A DNA stretch of 64,000 bases from an uncultured delta proteobacterium (GTDB lineage: Bacteria; Desulfobacterota; Desulfomonilia; Desulfomonilales; Desulfomonilaceae): positions 736,001-800,000 of the forward strand of contig CAWBKB010000001.1 in NCBI GenBank assembly GCA_963789265.1, given 5' to 3'. Below, piece by piece: positions 50,281 through 60,158 of this stretch (position 1 is its first letter; each line of letters begins with the position of its first letter). The position numbers were made by a program, and so were the translations under genes. The notes beneath the pieces are model-generated. The model worked only from the letters and a program-made list of their open reading frames with translations, ran no database searches and had not been told where the DNA came from.

Positions 50281-51524
50281 TATACCACCCGTTTCAGAAC
50301 CAGGCTGGCGTTTTGCCCTCCGAAAGCAAAGCTGTTGGAAAGGCCGTATTCCATTTCCCTTGCAACAGGCTTATTCGGCGTATAATCCAAGTCGCAATCG
50401 GGGTCCGGGGTTTCAAGGTTAATAGTAGGGGGGACCACACCGTTGTTAAGCGCCAATAGGGTATAAATTGCCTCCACCGCGCCCGCAGCTCCTATCATGT
50501 GGCCTGTCATGGATTTTGTCGAACTGATTGAGACTTTTTGGCACGCTGGGCCGAAAAGCCTCTTGATCGCCTGAGTCTCCATCTTGTCGTTAAGATCCGT
50601 AGAGGTCCCGTGGGCATTAATATAGTCGATCCGGGAGGGTTCAATCCCGGCCTCTTCCACAGCTTGCTTCATACACCTGTACGCTCCTTCGCCGTCGGGG
50701 CAGGGCATTACATAGTGATAAGCGTCGTCCGTTGCGCCGTAGCCCACTATCTCTCCCAGTATTTTGGCGCTTCGCCTTTGGGCGTGTTCCAGAGTTTCAA
50801 GAACCAGAATGCCCGCGCCCTCCGAAATTACAAAGCCATCGCGGTCCAGATCGAAGGGGCGGGAAGCCTTGTGAGGCTCCCCGTTGCGGCAGGACAGGGC
50901 CCGTAGCGCGTTGAAAGCGGCAACGGACAGAATTGTTACAACCGCTTCGGTTCCACCAGTTAACATGACATCTGCCCGGCCTTCGCGTACCATTCTGAAA
51001 GCCTCTCCGATGGCGGAGGTGCCGGAGGTGCAAGCATTCACCACTCCGAAATTCGGCCCTTTGAATCCGTACTTGATGGACAGCATGCCCGGAGCCAAAT
51101 TGATAACTGCCTTGGGTATAGTTAAAGGATGTACCCCCTTGGGCCCTTTTTCGTGAACGCCTATCACTCCGATTTCTATGGTGGCCAGTCCTCCTATTCC
51201 CGATCCGACGATTGCGCCGCACCGGTAAGGATCTTCCGGAGGGCTGGGCAAGCCGGACCGGGCGAAAGCTTCCCCGGCGGCTATCATGGCAAACTGTTGA
51301 TAGCGATCCATGCGGCGCAATTCTTTTGTCGGAATGTGGCCCGCAGGATCGAAGTTGCCACGGACTTCTCCGGCTATTTGCGTAGCCAATCGCTCGGCAT
51401 CAAAGAGCGTAATGGGTCCTATGCCTGAACGAGCGGCCATCAAAGCCTCCCAATTAGCTTCAACGCCGCTGCCCAAACATGTGACCACTCCCATTCCCGT
51501 GATGACAACTCTGTGCTGCACCAT
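50280..51524 (-). CDS. fabF: 3-oxoacyl-ACP synthase II
   Basis: NACTSG, INAHGTST, KSMTGH, SNSFAFGG. Confidence 0.95.
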   Translation of the reverse strand: MVQHRVVITGMGVVTCLGSGVEANWEALMAARSGIGPITLFDAERLATQIAGEVRGNFDPAGHIPTKELRRMDRYQQFAMIAAGEAFARSGLPSPPEDPYRCGAIVGSGIGGLATIEIGVIGVHEKGPKGVHPLTIPKAVINLAPGMLSIKYGFKGPNFGVVNACTSGTSAIGEAFRMVREGRADVMLTGGTEAVVTILSVAAFNALRALSCRNGEPHKASRPFDLDRDGFVISEGAGILVLETLEHAQRRSAKILGEIVGYGATDDAYHYVMPCPDGEGAYRCMKQAVEEAGIEPSRIDYINAHGTSTDLNDKMETQAIKRLFGPACQKVSISSTKSMTGHMIGAAGAVEAIYTLLALNNGVVPPTINLETPDPDCDLDYTPNKPVAREMEYGLSNSFAFGGQNASLVLKRVV

Positions 51525-51561
51525 CTCCTCCTGGGCGTGTCACTTATTTTGCCGGTCCGAG

Positions 51562-51807
51562 TTAAGAGGCTTTCTTGTGCTCGCGTATAAAGTCAGCCAC
51601 ATCCTGGACCGTGTGAATCTTTTCGACTTCTTCGTCGGTGATTTCAAGACCGAACTCATCTTCGAGGAGGGCAATCATGTCGTAGATGTCCAGCGATTCA
51701 GCGCCCAGGTCTTCCACGATCTTTGAACTCATCTCGATGTTATCTTTATTTACATCAACAAGCACCTCGGCAACCAGTTCCACGACTCTCTTTTCCAAAT
51801 CGTCCAT
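51562..51807 (-). CDS. acpP: Acyl carrier protein
   Basis: Acidic 81 aa, DLGAESLD, between fabG and fabF. Confidence 0.9.
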   Translation of the reverse strand: MDDLEKRVVELVAEVLVDVNKDNIEMSSKIVEDLGAESLDIYDMIALLEDEFGLEITDEEVEKIHTVQDVADFIREHKKAS

Positions 51808-51906
51808 GTTGGATATCCTCCAGCCGTATTAAATGGTAGGCATCGTCGGAGTCGGCCGGCCGGTCTCCAAGCCGGCTCCGATATGTCTAAGGATCCGGCG
51901 GCTGCT

Positions 51907-52674
51907 CTACATGTACAGCCCGCCATTGACCCGAATCACCTGACCTGTCACGTACTCGGACATACCGGAACAAAGGAACAGAACAGCGGCGGCGACGTCT
52001 TCCGGTTTTCCGCTCCTGCGAAGTGGGATGTGTGATCGAATAGCTTCCAACTGGGCCTCTGTCAGCTCATCGCTCATGCCGCCGGCGATAATTCCTGGTG
52101 AGACACAGTTGACGAGTATGTTTCTGGGGGCCAGTTCCCTTGCCAATGCCTTGGTAAATCCGATCAAACCGGCCTTAGATGCGGAATAGTTCACTTGTCC
52201 CGCGTTTCCGGCCTCGCCGGATGTCGACGCCACATTGACTATTCTGCCGGCCCTTTTTCTAATCATTATCTTGCTCACGGTCCGACACAAGCGAAACGCA
52301 CCGGACAGATTTGTCTCCAGGACTGCATCCCAGTCGGCGTCCTTCATCCTGCCGATCAAGCCGTCATTGGAGATTCCGGCGTTATTTACAAGAATATCTA
52401 TTCCGGAGCGCTCCTTGAGTAGATCCGCCACCCCTGCTTCCACTTCCGCAGCATCTCTGACGTCAAACCGGACAATCTTGCCGGTTCCTCCCTTCTCGTG
52501 GATCAAATCAAGGGTGAGACGAGCAGCTTCTTCATTGCTACTGTAGTTGACTGCAACGAACGCTCCGGCGTCCGCCAGTGAAAGACAAATCGCCCTTCCA
52601 ATTCCCCGAGATCCGCCGGTAACCAAGGCAGTTTTCTCATCCAGGCTTACCTTGCGGCTCGGCTCTGCGCTCAT
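51907..52674 (-). CDS. fabG: 3-oxoacyl-ACP reductase
   Basis: TGGSRGIG, NNAG, GNAGQVNYSASK. Confidence 0.94.
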   Translation of the reverse strand: MSAEPSRKVSLDEKTALVTGGSRGIGRAICLSLADAGAFVAVNYSSNEEAARLTLDLIHEKGGTGKIVRFDVRDAAEVEAGVADLLKERSGIDILVNNAGISNDGLIGRMKDADWDAVLETNLSGAFRLCRTVSKIMIRKRAGRIVNVASTSGEAGNAGQVNYSASKAGLIGFTKALARELAPRNILVNCVSPGIIAGGMSDELTEAQLEAIRSHIPLRRSGKPEDVAAAVLFLCSGMSEYVTGQVIRVNGGLYM

Positions 52675-53636
52675 GCCCAAACCTCTTGGAAAGATCGAAC
52701 CCCTGCCGGGTCGGAAATACTGACACTCGCGGCCTCTCTGTCGATTCGACGCAATAGACCTGCCAATACTTTCCCCGGTCCGATCTCCACAAAGGTTTCT
52801 GCACCGCTATCTCTCATGGTCCGGATGCAATCTTCCCATAGAACCGGCTGCACCACTTGTTCCTTCAAGAGTTGCTTTACCCCGTGATCCGAAGTCGGAT
52901 ATGTTCGGGCATTTACATTCGCTACAACCGGGAATGTCGGAATTCCGGCCGACAGATTTTCCAATCGAGCTTCCAGGGCCTTTTTTGCAGGCTGCATGAG
53001 ACTGGTGTGAAACGCCGATGAAACCGGCAGCATAACCGCCCTGGATCTTTTCACTTTTTTGGCTGCTTCCACTGCACGAGTCACGGCTTCGAGATGGCCT
53101 GAGATCACTATTTGATCCGGTGCGTTGAAATTAGCTGCCTCCAGCACCTTCTCACCCCTATGTGTTTCCACAAGCCGCAGCACTTCTTCTTTTGGAAGGC
53201 CCACCACGGCGGCCATACAGCAGGTCCCTGCCGGCTGCGCGCTATCCATTTGCTCGGCACGAACACGAATGAGATCAAGGGCCGTATCAAACGAAAGAAC
53301 TCCGGCCGCACAGAGGGCTGAATATTCACCTAATGAGTGGCCGGCGGCCATGATCGGATCAAGCTGAACGCAGCTTCGAAGAACCTCGAACAGGGCCATG
53401 GAATGGACAAAGACCGCCGGCTGAGTATGAACTGTCCGATTCAGGTCGTCTGCACGATCTCCCATCATGATGCGGCTCAGGGGGTAGCCCAGAATATCGT
53501 CCGCGCGCTGCAATAGTGCTCGCGCCTGGGGACTTTCTGCCACCAGGTCCGCAGCCATTCCAGGGAACTGAGACCCCTGGCCGGGGAACATCAACGCGAT
53601 CGAGCCCGGATTCTTTTCTGTTGCAGATGGCATCAT
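52671..53636 (-). CDS. fabD: Malonyl-CoA:ACP transacylase
   Basis: FPGQGSQ, GHSLGEY, SAFHT, EIGPGKVL. Confidence 0.95.
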   Translation of the reverse strand: MMPSATEKNPGSIALMFPGQGSQFPGMAADLVAESPQARALLQRADDILGYPLSRIMMGDRADDLNRTVHTQPAVFVHSMALFEVLRSCVQLDPIMAAGHSLGEYSALCAAGVLSFDTALDLIRVRAEQMDSAQPAGTCCMAAVVGLPKEEVLRLVETHRGEKVLEAANFNAPDQIVISGHLEAVTRAVEAAKKVKRSRAVMLPVSSAFHTSLMQPAKKALEARLENLSAGIPTFPVVANVNARTYPTSDHGVKQLLKEQVVQPVLWEDCIRTMRDSGAETFVEIGPGKVLAGLLRRIDREAASVSISDPAGVRSFQEVWA

Positions 53637-53646
53637 GTTGCCGGAC

Positions 53647-53826
53647 TTACGCCTCGGTCTCGATCACGGATCTGCCCTTGTAAAATCCGCAACCAGGGCA
53701 CACCCTATGAGGCATCATAAATTGAGAGCAGTGGGGACACTTGACAAGGTTCACCGGGGTCAGTTTCTTGTGAGTTCGGCGTTTGTCCCGCCTCGTGCGG
53801 GACACCCGTTTTTTCGGCACAGGCAT
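53647..53826 (-). CDS. rpmF: 50S ribosomal protein L32 (59 aa, absent from the ORF track)
   Basis: MPVPKKRVSRTRRDKRRTH...CPHC...PHRVCPGCGFYKGR. Confidence 0.95.
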   Translation of the reverse strand: MPVPKKRVSRTRRDKRRTHKKLTPVNLVKCPHCSQFMMPHRVCPGCGFYKGRSVIETEA

Positions 53827-53982
53827 AGCTCATCCTCTTCCATTCTATCTGTATCAGTTCAGGCGCCGCCTAAACCTGCTTCAGCATTGCAGGCGCTTTG
53901 CAGATCTCGGCCGTTCGCCTGAATTCCGACCGGCCGCGGCAATCGCATCTTATCAAAGATTTGTCCGCGGCCTGCGGAGGAT

Positions 53983-54528
53983 TCATTTTGCAATCCGGTC
54001 CTTTATCCGGGCCAGCGTTTTCCACCTTAGGTCCTCGGGACCGGCATCGGAACAGGTACACTCCTTGGATCCTTTCAACGCGCCGCAGCTTGGACAAAGG
54101 CCCGGGCAATCTTTGCGGCACAAGGGCTTCATGGGAAGATTGAGAAGGACTTCCTGAACAATGAGTTCACCAGGATCCATTTCGGATTCCTTGCTCAGCA
54201 CAGCATCGGCTTCCGGCTGTTCGCGTTCCTCTCCAACGCCAGGCCCGGTCCCGCCGCGACGAATGACCAAGTTGATCTCCGTATCGTTGTCCACGGCAAA
54301 ATCGGTAAGACACCGGGAGCATTGGAGATGCACAAGTGCGCTGACTCTCCCGACAAAAAAAATGTCATCTCCGCTGACCGAGATACGGACATGACCCTTT
54401 ATATGCGGATCTACAGATATCCCTACGGATTTGGGGATAGTTTCCAGGGCCGGGGACAGTATGTCCTGCTCCCCAGAAAAATTCAATTCCAAACCTTCTT
54501 CAGGGATATCTTCGATTCGAATTTTCAT
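53983..54528 (-). CDS. yceD: YceD/DUF177 family protein
   Basis: CSRCL, LPMKPLCRKDCPGLCPSCG, D.RW..L; upstream of rpmF. Confidence 0.9.
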   Translation of the reverse strand: MKIRIEDIPEEGLELNFSGEQDILSPALETIPKSVGISVDPHIKGHVRISVSGDDIFFVGRVSALVHLQCSRCLTDFAVDNDTEINLVIRRGGTGPGVGEEREQPEADAVLSKESEMDPGELIVQEVLLNLPMKPLCRKDCPGLCPSCGALKGSKECTCSDAGPEDLRWKTLARIKDRIAK

Positions 54529-54829
54529 TGCTTGGGGGCTTCTCCGTTGCCCAAGAGTAAACTAAAAGAATATAGCTGCTTATAAATTGAAGTCAAGCAA
54601 AAGCTGTGCGTGCGCATAAGCCCCTGGGTACGTTAGGGATTCTTAAATCCCGCGGCACAAGCAATTCAGTGCCCCAAGTCGGCCCGCGCGCTTGACAGTG
54701 GACGCCATAGTTTAAAGTAATTTATGTGATATATGACAAACAGATTGATATTAATTGGAAATAGCTTGAGTTTTTCCTGCGGAGACGATATAATACTTTC
54801 AACGGACTTTATTATTGGAGGTCTGGCAC

Positions 54830-55108
54830 ATGACCAAGAAGAGTCTTATATGTTTGACCGCCTCACTGTTCTTGATTCTTAGCCTGGCCCCTGACGCCTT
54901 CTGTGGTTTTCTCTATGCGTACGCTCCTATGAATGCAGTCACTGCGCAGCCGGACACCCCTTATAACCTAGATGCCATACCCGAATGCTCAAGGGTTTAC
55001 TATGTCCCCTGTCCCACTTGGGGCCCCTTCGCTGAATATCTCCCAGACGTTCCTCCGGTCCGGCAGCCCTTTCCGGGGCCTTTCGGAATTTGTGTCCCTG
55101 TGCCGTAG
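54830..55108 (+). CDS. Small secreted Pro-rich hypothetical protein
   Basis: GGAGG RBS, signal peptide. Confidence 0.6.
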   Translation: MTKKSLICLTASLFLILSLAPDAFCGFLYAYAPMNAVTAQPDTPYNLDAIPECSRVYYVPCPTWGPFAEYLPDVPPVRQPFPGPFGICVPVP

Positions 55109-55141
55109 GCCGGCCAAAACGTACAAAGATTTCGACTATTG

Positions 55142-56278
55142 TTATGAAGGTTCGGGGGCGGATCGCATTCCGCAAGGATGATCCTCCGCTACGTCATGGT
55201 CCTCCAGCCATTTCAGTATGTGCGGAAAGACTTCGTGGTCCGACCTGATACCGACAAGCAGGTCCGTGTGGCCATAATCTTCCACGCACCCTGTCTTTTT
55301 TCCGAATATCCTGCAATTTCGCTCCCCCGATTGCTCTCCCGTTTGACAAGCAGCTATGACAGACTCTTCCGGAGCCATCATGTCTGCTGTGCCCGCAACA
55401 AAAAAGATGGGGATCTTGGACCCCGTTAATTCTTCAAGGTACGGCTTGCCGTTCTCCGGGGCAAACCGACCGTTGGCCAAGAAGCTGCCGAAATTGAGCC
55501 ACATGCTGTTGGAAGCGACGAGTTCCGATGCCAATGCCATCACCTTCCGTGCTACTATCGGTTCGATGTTCGATGAATAGTATGGACCGCCCAAGTACGG
55601 CGACATCTTGTGGGCGACCGGTAGAACCAGCCGGGCCAGCAAAGGAAGAGGAAACACCGGCAAATATTGGAGCAGGCCACGCACGTTCAGCAAAGCGCCG
55701 AATGCTCGGTTATCTATTTTTGTGAAATCCGCGGGTGATCCGATCGCAATGGCGGAAGCCACACCGGGATTCTCATGCTGGGCCAAATGTGCCAAACCTA
55801 GCATGCCTCCCATGCTATGACCCACCCAATGGACTTGTGTGAATCCAGTCAGAGCGAGCACGCGCGATATAATCGCGGGCAAGTCGCAACGAAGATGGTC
55901 TTCAAATGCCCAGGAGTAGGGCACATCAGCGCGAAACATGCCAGGACGATCGCTCAGGCCTGAGCCGCGCAGTTCCGCAACCCAAACGTCTCTTCCGTGA
56001 TCTCTGAAAAATCTTGCCAGGCTTGGAGCGCCGGGAAGATCAAACGCGTAACGGTTGCTGCTCAATCCATGGCAGAGGATCACAGGCGCGCCCCTTGCAT
56101 CACCCTGGGGTCGGTAGCGATGCAGCGCGAGACGCCATCCGTCGTCTGTTGGTACGTAGAAAGTCTCGTCCTGGCCTGTGGGAGCTGAGTAGAACGCTTT
56201 CCAAAAGTATCCGCAGACGATCACGAACGCGACGGCTAAGATAAGGGAGTAAACAATCGTGAGAAAGGACTCGAGCAA
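55142..56278 (-). CDS. Membrane-anchored alpha/beta hydrolase (lipase-like)
   Basis: DGWRLAL, HGL, GHSMGG, YGH.DL; TTG start after GGAGG. Confidence 0.88.
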   Translation of the reverse strand: MLESFLTIVYSLILAVAFVIVCGYFWKAFYSAPTGQDETFYVPTDDGWRLALHRYRPQGDARGAPVILCHGLSSNRYAFDLPGAPSLARFFRDHGRDVWVAELRGSGLSDRPGMFRADVPYSWAFEDHLRCDLPAIISRVLALTGFTQVHWVGHSMGGMLGLAHLAQHENPGVASAIAIGSPADFTKIDNRAFGALLNVRGLLQYLPVFPLPLLARLVLPVAHKMSPYLGGPYYSSNIEPIVARKVMALASELVASNSMWLNFGSFLANGRFAPENGKPYLEELTGSKIPIFFVAGTADMMAPEESVIAACQTGEQSGERNCRIFGKKTGCVEDYGHTDLLVGIRSDHEVFPHILKWLEDHDVAEDHPCGMRSAPEPS

Positions 56279-56289
56279 GGAGCCTCCAG

Positions 56290-56712
56290 CTAAAGCAACC
56301 TTGCAAGCCACGCGATTATCAACGCAGCCACAACGAACCAAGTTATGTAGTGCCCGTGCTCTTCCATGATCCGAAGCAAAGGGGCGGCGCTTCCGACGTT
56401 GAAGTACGCGAGAACCCGGTAAGGAATCTGAAGGAAACAAAGGACGAACAACATTGGCCCACAGTGATTAAACTGCCAAGCGGCAGGGATCTCTCCGCGC
56501 GCCATGGCCGCGAAGCTACGAGTGAGACCGCAGCCCGGGCATGAAATGCCGAGAAGCGAGCGACTCCAGCACATATTGGGCAGGGTCAGCCGCGTGCCCG
56601 ATAGAGGCACCGTCAGATAGAGGCACGAGTCGCCCTTAGGGTGCAGGAGGCAAGAGCCGATGAGGGCAATCAGACCCAATGCCAGGATCCAGAGGTGTTC
56701 AATCCTTGGCAT
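56290..56712 (-). CDS. DUF2752 domain membrane protein
   Basis: C.....LGISCPGCGLTRSF. Confidence 0.85.
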   Translation of the reverse strand: MPRIEHLWILALGLIALIGSCLLHPKGDSCLYLTVPLSGTRLTLPNMCWSRSLLGISCPGCGLTRSFAAMARGEIPAAWQFNHCGPMLFVLCFLQIPYRVLAYFNVGSAAPLLRIMEEHGHYITWFVVAALIIAWLARLL

Positions 56713-56954
56713 GCTTACTTCGTTGCCGGGCATGGCCTCAACATAGAGCTCCGGGTTGGTTTGTCAAGTGCCGACACGGGCGCCACTGATGAAGAGTGCG
56801 CCCATTTGCCACGAATCGGAGAAAGAAAAGGCTGCGTCTAACCTGTCTTGGGGAGGGATATTTTATTATAATTCTTGACAATATTCCCATCCTCTGCTAA
56901 TTCCTCCCAAAACAGTGAGTCCTGCATATGCGTGGCGACTCAATTCAAGGGAGA

Positions 56955-58031
56955 ATGTGTATGGGATCCTTATTCAGGGGCCGGTTCCATCCAATCGCGA
57001 TGGTGGGCGTCACCCTGATACTCTATCTTTGTTCCACATGTTCACTTTATGCAGATGACTGCAAAAGGGTGTCCAACATCCTGGTACTTTTCGATGCTTC
57101 GGGATATATGAAGGAGAAGGACCGGTACGAATCACTTTTGAGGCAGATGAGCTTCTTCGAAAAGGCCATGCCCGTAACTGCCGACGGCTTCTTCAATGTT
57201 GGACTGCGGGACTACGGACTGAAAGTTGGGATGGGATGCGAGAACACTGAGAGTATCCTGGCCATTCAGCCCTGGGATCCCGAGAAATTCTTGAACGCCT
57301 TCCCAAAATCGGTTTCTTACGGGGTAAGCTCCCTTTCCGCGGGTTTGAGGGCGGCGGCCGACGACGTGGCCTCGGCTAAGGGCAAGAGCATTATATTGCT
57401 CATTGGAGGAGGAATCGAGTCGTGCAAAGCCGATCCGGTGACGACAGCCGAGCAAATAAGTAGAAACAATCCTGACCTTGAGATCCACACATTTCAGATT
57501 GGAAGTACCCCGGACGGCAGCTATTTCCTCAAAGCCATAGCCGAGAAGGGTAGGGGCACGTACAACAGGGCCAATGCCACTGATAGTCCGGCAGCTTGGT
57601 ATGCGTGGATGAAAAGAAACCTGGTCACCGCCTGCGCCTCTTCTGTCGTTCCCCCCGGCGGAGGCAAGGCGTCTGCCACCATCCCCCCTATAACATTTGA
57701 TTACAACAGTTTCTCGGTGAGATCTTCCGATCCCTCGGTTGATGCCTCAAATCAGGCGGCGCTTCAAGCAGTCCAACAAGCCCTCGCAGCAAATCCAAAC
57801 GCTCGCGTGGTTCTTCACGGATTTGCGGACAGCAAGGGGAACCCGGCTTACAATCTGAAACTCTCGCGTAAGAGAGCTAAAGCCGTTGCCGACTATCTAG
57901 TGAAAACGTACGGAATCCCTACCTTCCAAATAGGTGTTGTTGCGCATGGCTCAACTCAGGCACAGCCAGGGGGTGCGTCAGGGGCACCGGAAAGATACGG
58001 GCGCCGAGTAGAAATTGAGATCACACAGTAG
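56955..58031 (+). CDS. VWA + OmpA-like peptidoglycan-binding protein
   Basis: LFDASGYM, GG.ESC..DP; GFADSKG...YN.KLS.KRA, RRVEI. Confidence 0.85.
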   Translation: MCMGSLFRGRFHPIAMVGVTLILYLCSTCSLYADDCKRVSNILVLFDASGYMKEKDRYESLLRQMSFFEKAMPVTADGFFNVGLRDYGLKVGMGCENTESILAIQPWDPEKFLNAFPKSVSYGVSSLSAGLRAAADDVASAKGKSIILLIGGGIESCKADPVTTAEQISRNNPDLEIHTFQIGSTPDGSYFLKAIAEKGRGTYNRANATDSPAAWYAWMKRNLVTACASSVVPPGGGKASATIPPITFDYNSFSVRSSDPSVDASNQAALQAVQQALAANPNARVVLHGFADSKGNPAYNLKLSRKRAKAVADYLVKTYGIPTFQIGVVAHGSTQAQPGGASGAPERYGRRVEIEITQ

Positions 58032-58189
58032 CCTCCAAGCCTCAGCCAAACCCGGGAGTGCCACAGCGATGCCCTACAGGGATGAGTTGGTACGCGGAAG
58101 TGCAGTGCAAAACGACTTGGATCTCCATTTCTTGACGGCGGTGCCACTTGCGCTACCGCGTAAGTGAATAACTATCCGTTCGGGACGTT

Positions 58190-58297
58190 TGCCCTTGAGC
58201 CCCATCGGGCGATTGAAAGTACACCGGTGCTTCATGGCCGGGCTGTCATGCCGTGGCACAATGCCGGACATCAAAATAGGTTTGATACGGCGTCTCG
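58190..58297. repeat. Degenerate copy of the right half of the 62427 element
   Basis: cttgagcccca..gggcgattga.agta...catcaaaatag shared. Confidence 0.6.
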
Positions 58298-58357
58298 CCT
58301 GCCTACCGCCGGAATGTCTTTCTGAATCACTTTTTTGTCTGTAATATAGATTCCACT

Positions 58358-58918
58358 ATGCAATTTCTTTTGAGAGCAGATTCTTCTCCGGGATACTGTT
58401 TTGCGCTCCTTGGCCGGTGGCTCGTCTTAGGGGCTCTGGTTTTACTTCCGTCACTATCCCACGCCAGTGGCCAACGGGCAATAACCGCGGATGAATTGTT
58501 AAAGACAGGCCAGTTACTTATAGAGAAAACGAACTACCTCGAGGCGCTCGACCTTCTTGACGAAGCCAGGGACCTGCTGAGCGCTTCGGGAAAGGATCAG
58601 ACGGCGCTGTACGCGGATGTCTTGTATAGTCTGGCTCAAGCCAAGATCAAAGCACGACTTCATCAGGACTTCCCTGCATATTATGTAAAAACCGCACTCC
58701 GAGAAATTCAAGCGGCCAACAAATTGCGAGACAGACTTGGCGACGTGCTTCCCCAGAAGTTAGCTGAGGGTTATTATCTTGAAGGATACATACAAAAGAA
58801 GTTCTTTATGCGTAAGAATGCGGCGAGGTTGTGCTTCAAAAAAGCAACGGCTATTGACCCCGGATCTGCCTCGGCTAAAAGGGAATTGTACGAACTCGAC
58901 TCCGAAGACCGAAAATAG
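58358..58918 (+). CDS. Exported TPR-like hypothetical protein
   Basis: Signal-like segment, helical repeats ending KA..IDP. Confidence 0.65.
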   Translation: MQFLLRADSSPGYCFALLGRWLVLGALVLLPSLSHASGQRAITADELLKTGQLLIEKTNYLEALDLLDEARDLLSASGKDQTALYADVLYSLAQAKIKARLHQDFPAYYVKTALREIQAANKLRDRLGDVLPQKLAEGYYLEGYIQKKFFMRKNAARLCFKKATAIDPGSASAKRELYELDSEDRK

Positions 58919-58995
58919 CCTCGAAAAGACGGAGTATCCGGGATACAAGACACTCAACCGCCCGCGTGATTCAACCCACCAAGAGATGAGTTATC

Positions 58996-59241
58996 ATGAT
59001 GAAGAAAGCCAGGGAACAAGAAGAAGGAGCCGAACATTTTGATCAGCAGTTGGAGAAGCTCAGGTCCATTGTTGACAGGATGGAACACGGCGGTTTGAGC
59101 TTGGAAGAAAGCCTGAAACTGTTTGAGGAGGGGATCGGTTTATCCCGTAGCCTGTTTGATATACTGAACCGTGCCGAAGGAAAGGTTGAAGAGTTGTTGG
59201 CGACGATGGAACGAATCCCTTTTACTCGCGGGGAAGAATAG
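58996..59241 (+). CDS. xseB: Exodeoxyribonuclease VII small subunit
   Basis: F...LE.L..IV..ME.G.LSLEESL.LFEEG; upstream of ispA-dxs. Confidence 0.93.
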   Translation: MMKKAREQEEGAEHFDQQLEKLRSIVDRMEHGGLSLEESLKLFEEGIGLSRSLFDILNRAEGKVEELLATMERIPFTRGEE

Positions 59242-59243
59242 TC

Positions 59244-60144
59244 GTGAAAGTCGTGAACCTTGAGGATTGGCTGTCCGCCAAGCGGCAATTGGTCGATAAG
59301 GCCCTTGACGACATGCTGCCGAAAGAGGATAATACGCCGGCTATATTACACCGGGCTATGAGGTACAGCGTTTTTGCCGGCGGAAAGAGGGTGCGCCCTA
59401 TATTGGCCATAGCGGCCGCCGACGTGGTCAACGAGGGTCCTCCAGGGGTATCTTCCGCTGGCGGCAGCTCTCGAGTGTATCCACACGTATTCCCTGATTC
59501 ACGATGACCTGCCGGCGATGGACGATGACGACTTGCGACGTGGGAAGCCTGCGGCACACAAAGTTTTTGGAGAGGCTGTGGCGATCTTAGCCGGGGACGC
59601 ACTTCTCACGTGTGCCTTTGGGCTGCTAACTTCGCCGGAAGTAATGCGTGTTTATGTGCCTCAAAAACTGATGGGTGTGATTGGCGAACTAGCTTACGCG
59701 GCGGGGTCAACCAATCTGATAGCCGGTCAGGTAATGGATATAACCAGCGAGGGCAAGCTTGCGGACGCGGAAACGGCAAACTTCATTGTACGGTGCAAAA
59801 CCGGGGCCCTGATTCGGGCCTCCTTGACCGGCGGAGCACGGCTGGTCGGGGGTAGCCGGGAGCAAATCGAGATTCTCGGACAATTTGGCGAGAAGTTAGG
59901 GGCTGTGTTTCAAATTAAGGATGACCTGCTTGATCTCGAAGGAGATCCCGCCAAACTGGGGAAAGCTGTCAAGAAAGACCGAGGCCGCGGAAAGGTTACG
60001 TACCCCGTGGTCTTGGGGATTGAAAAAACAAGGGAAATGATGCAGTCGATTTTAGATTCCGCACTGGCCGCGCTCCAGCCTCTAGGCCACAAAGCGGGTC
60101 ATCTTGCACTGATTGCAAAGTATATCGGCGAGCGCATGAGCTAG
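59244..60144 (+). CDS. ispA: Farnesyl/geranylgeranyl diphosphate synthase, apparent +1 frameshift at about 59430-59450
   Basis: GGKRVRP, then in shifted frame ECIHTYSLIHDDLPAMDDDDLRRG, FQIKDDLLD. Confidence 0.92.
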
Positions 60145-60158
60145 CTTTTGGTCAATGT

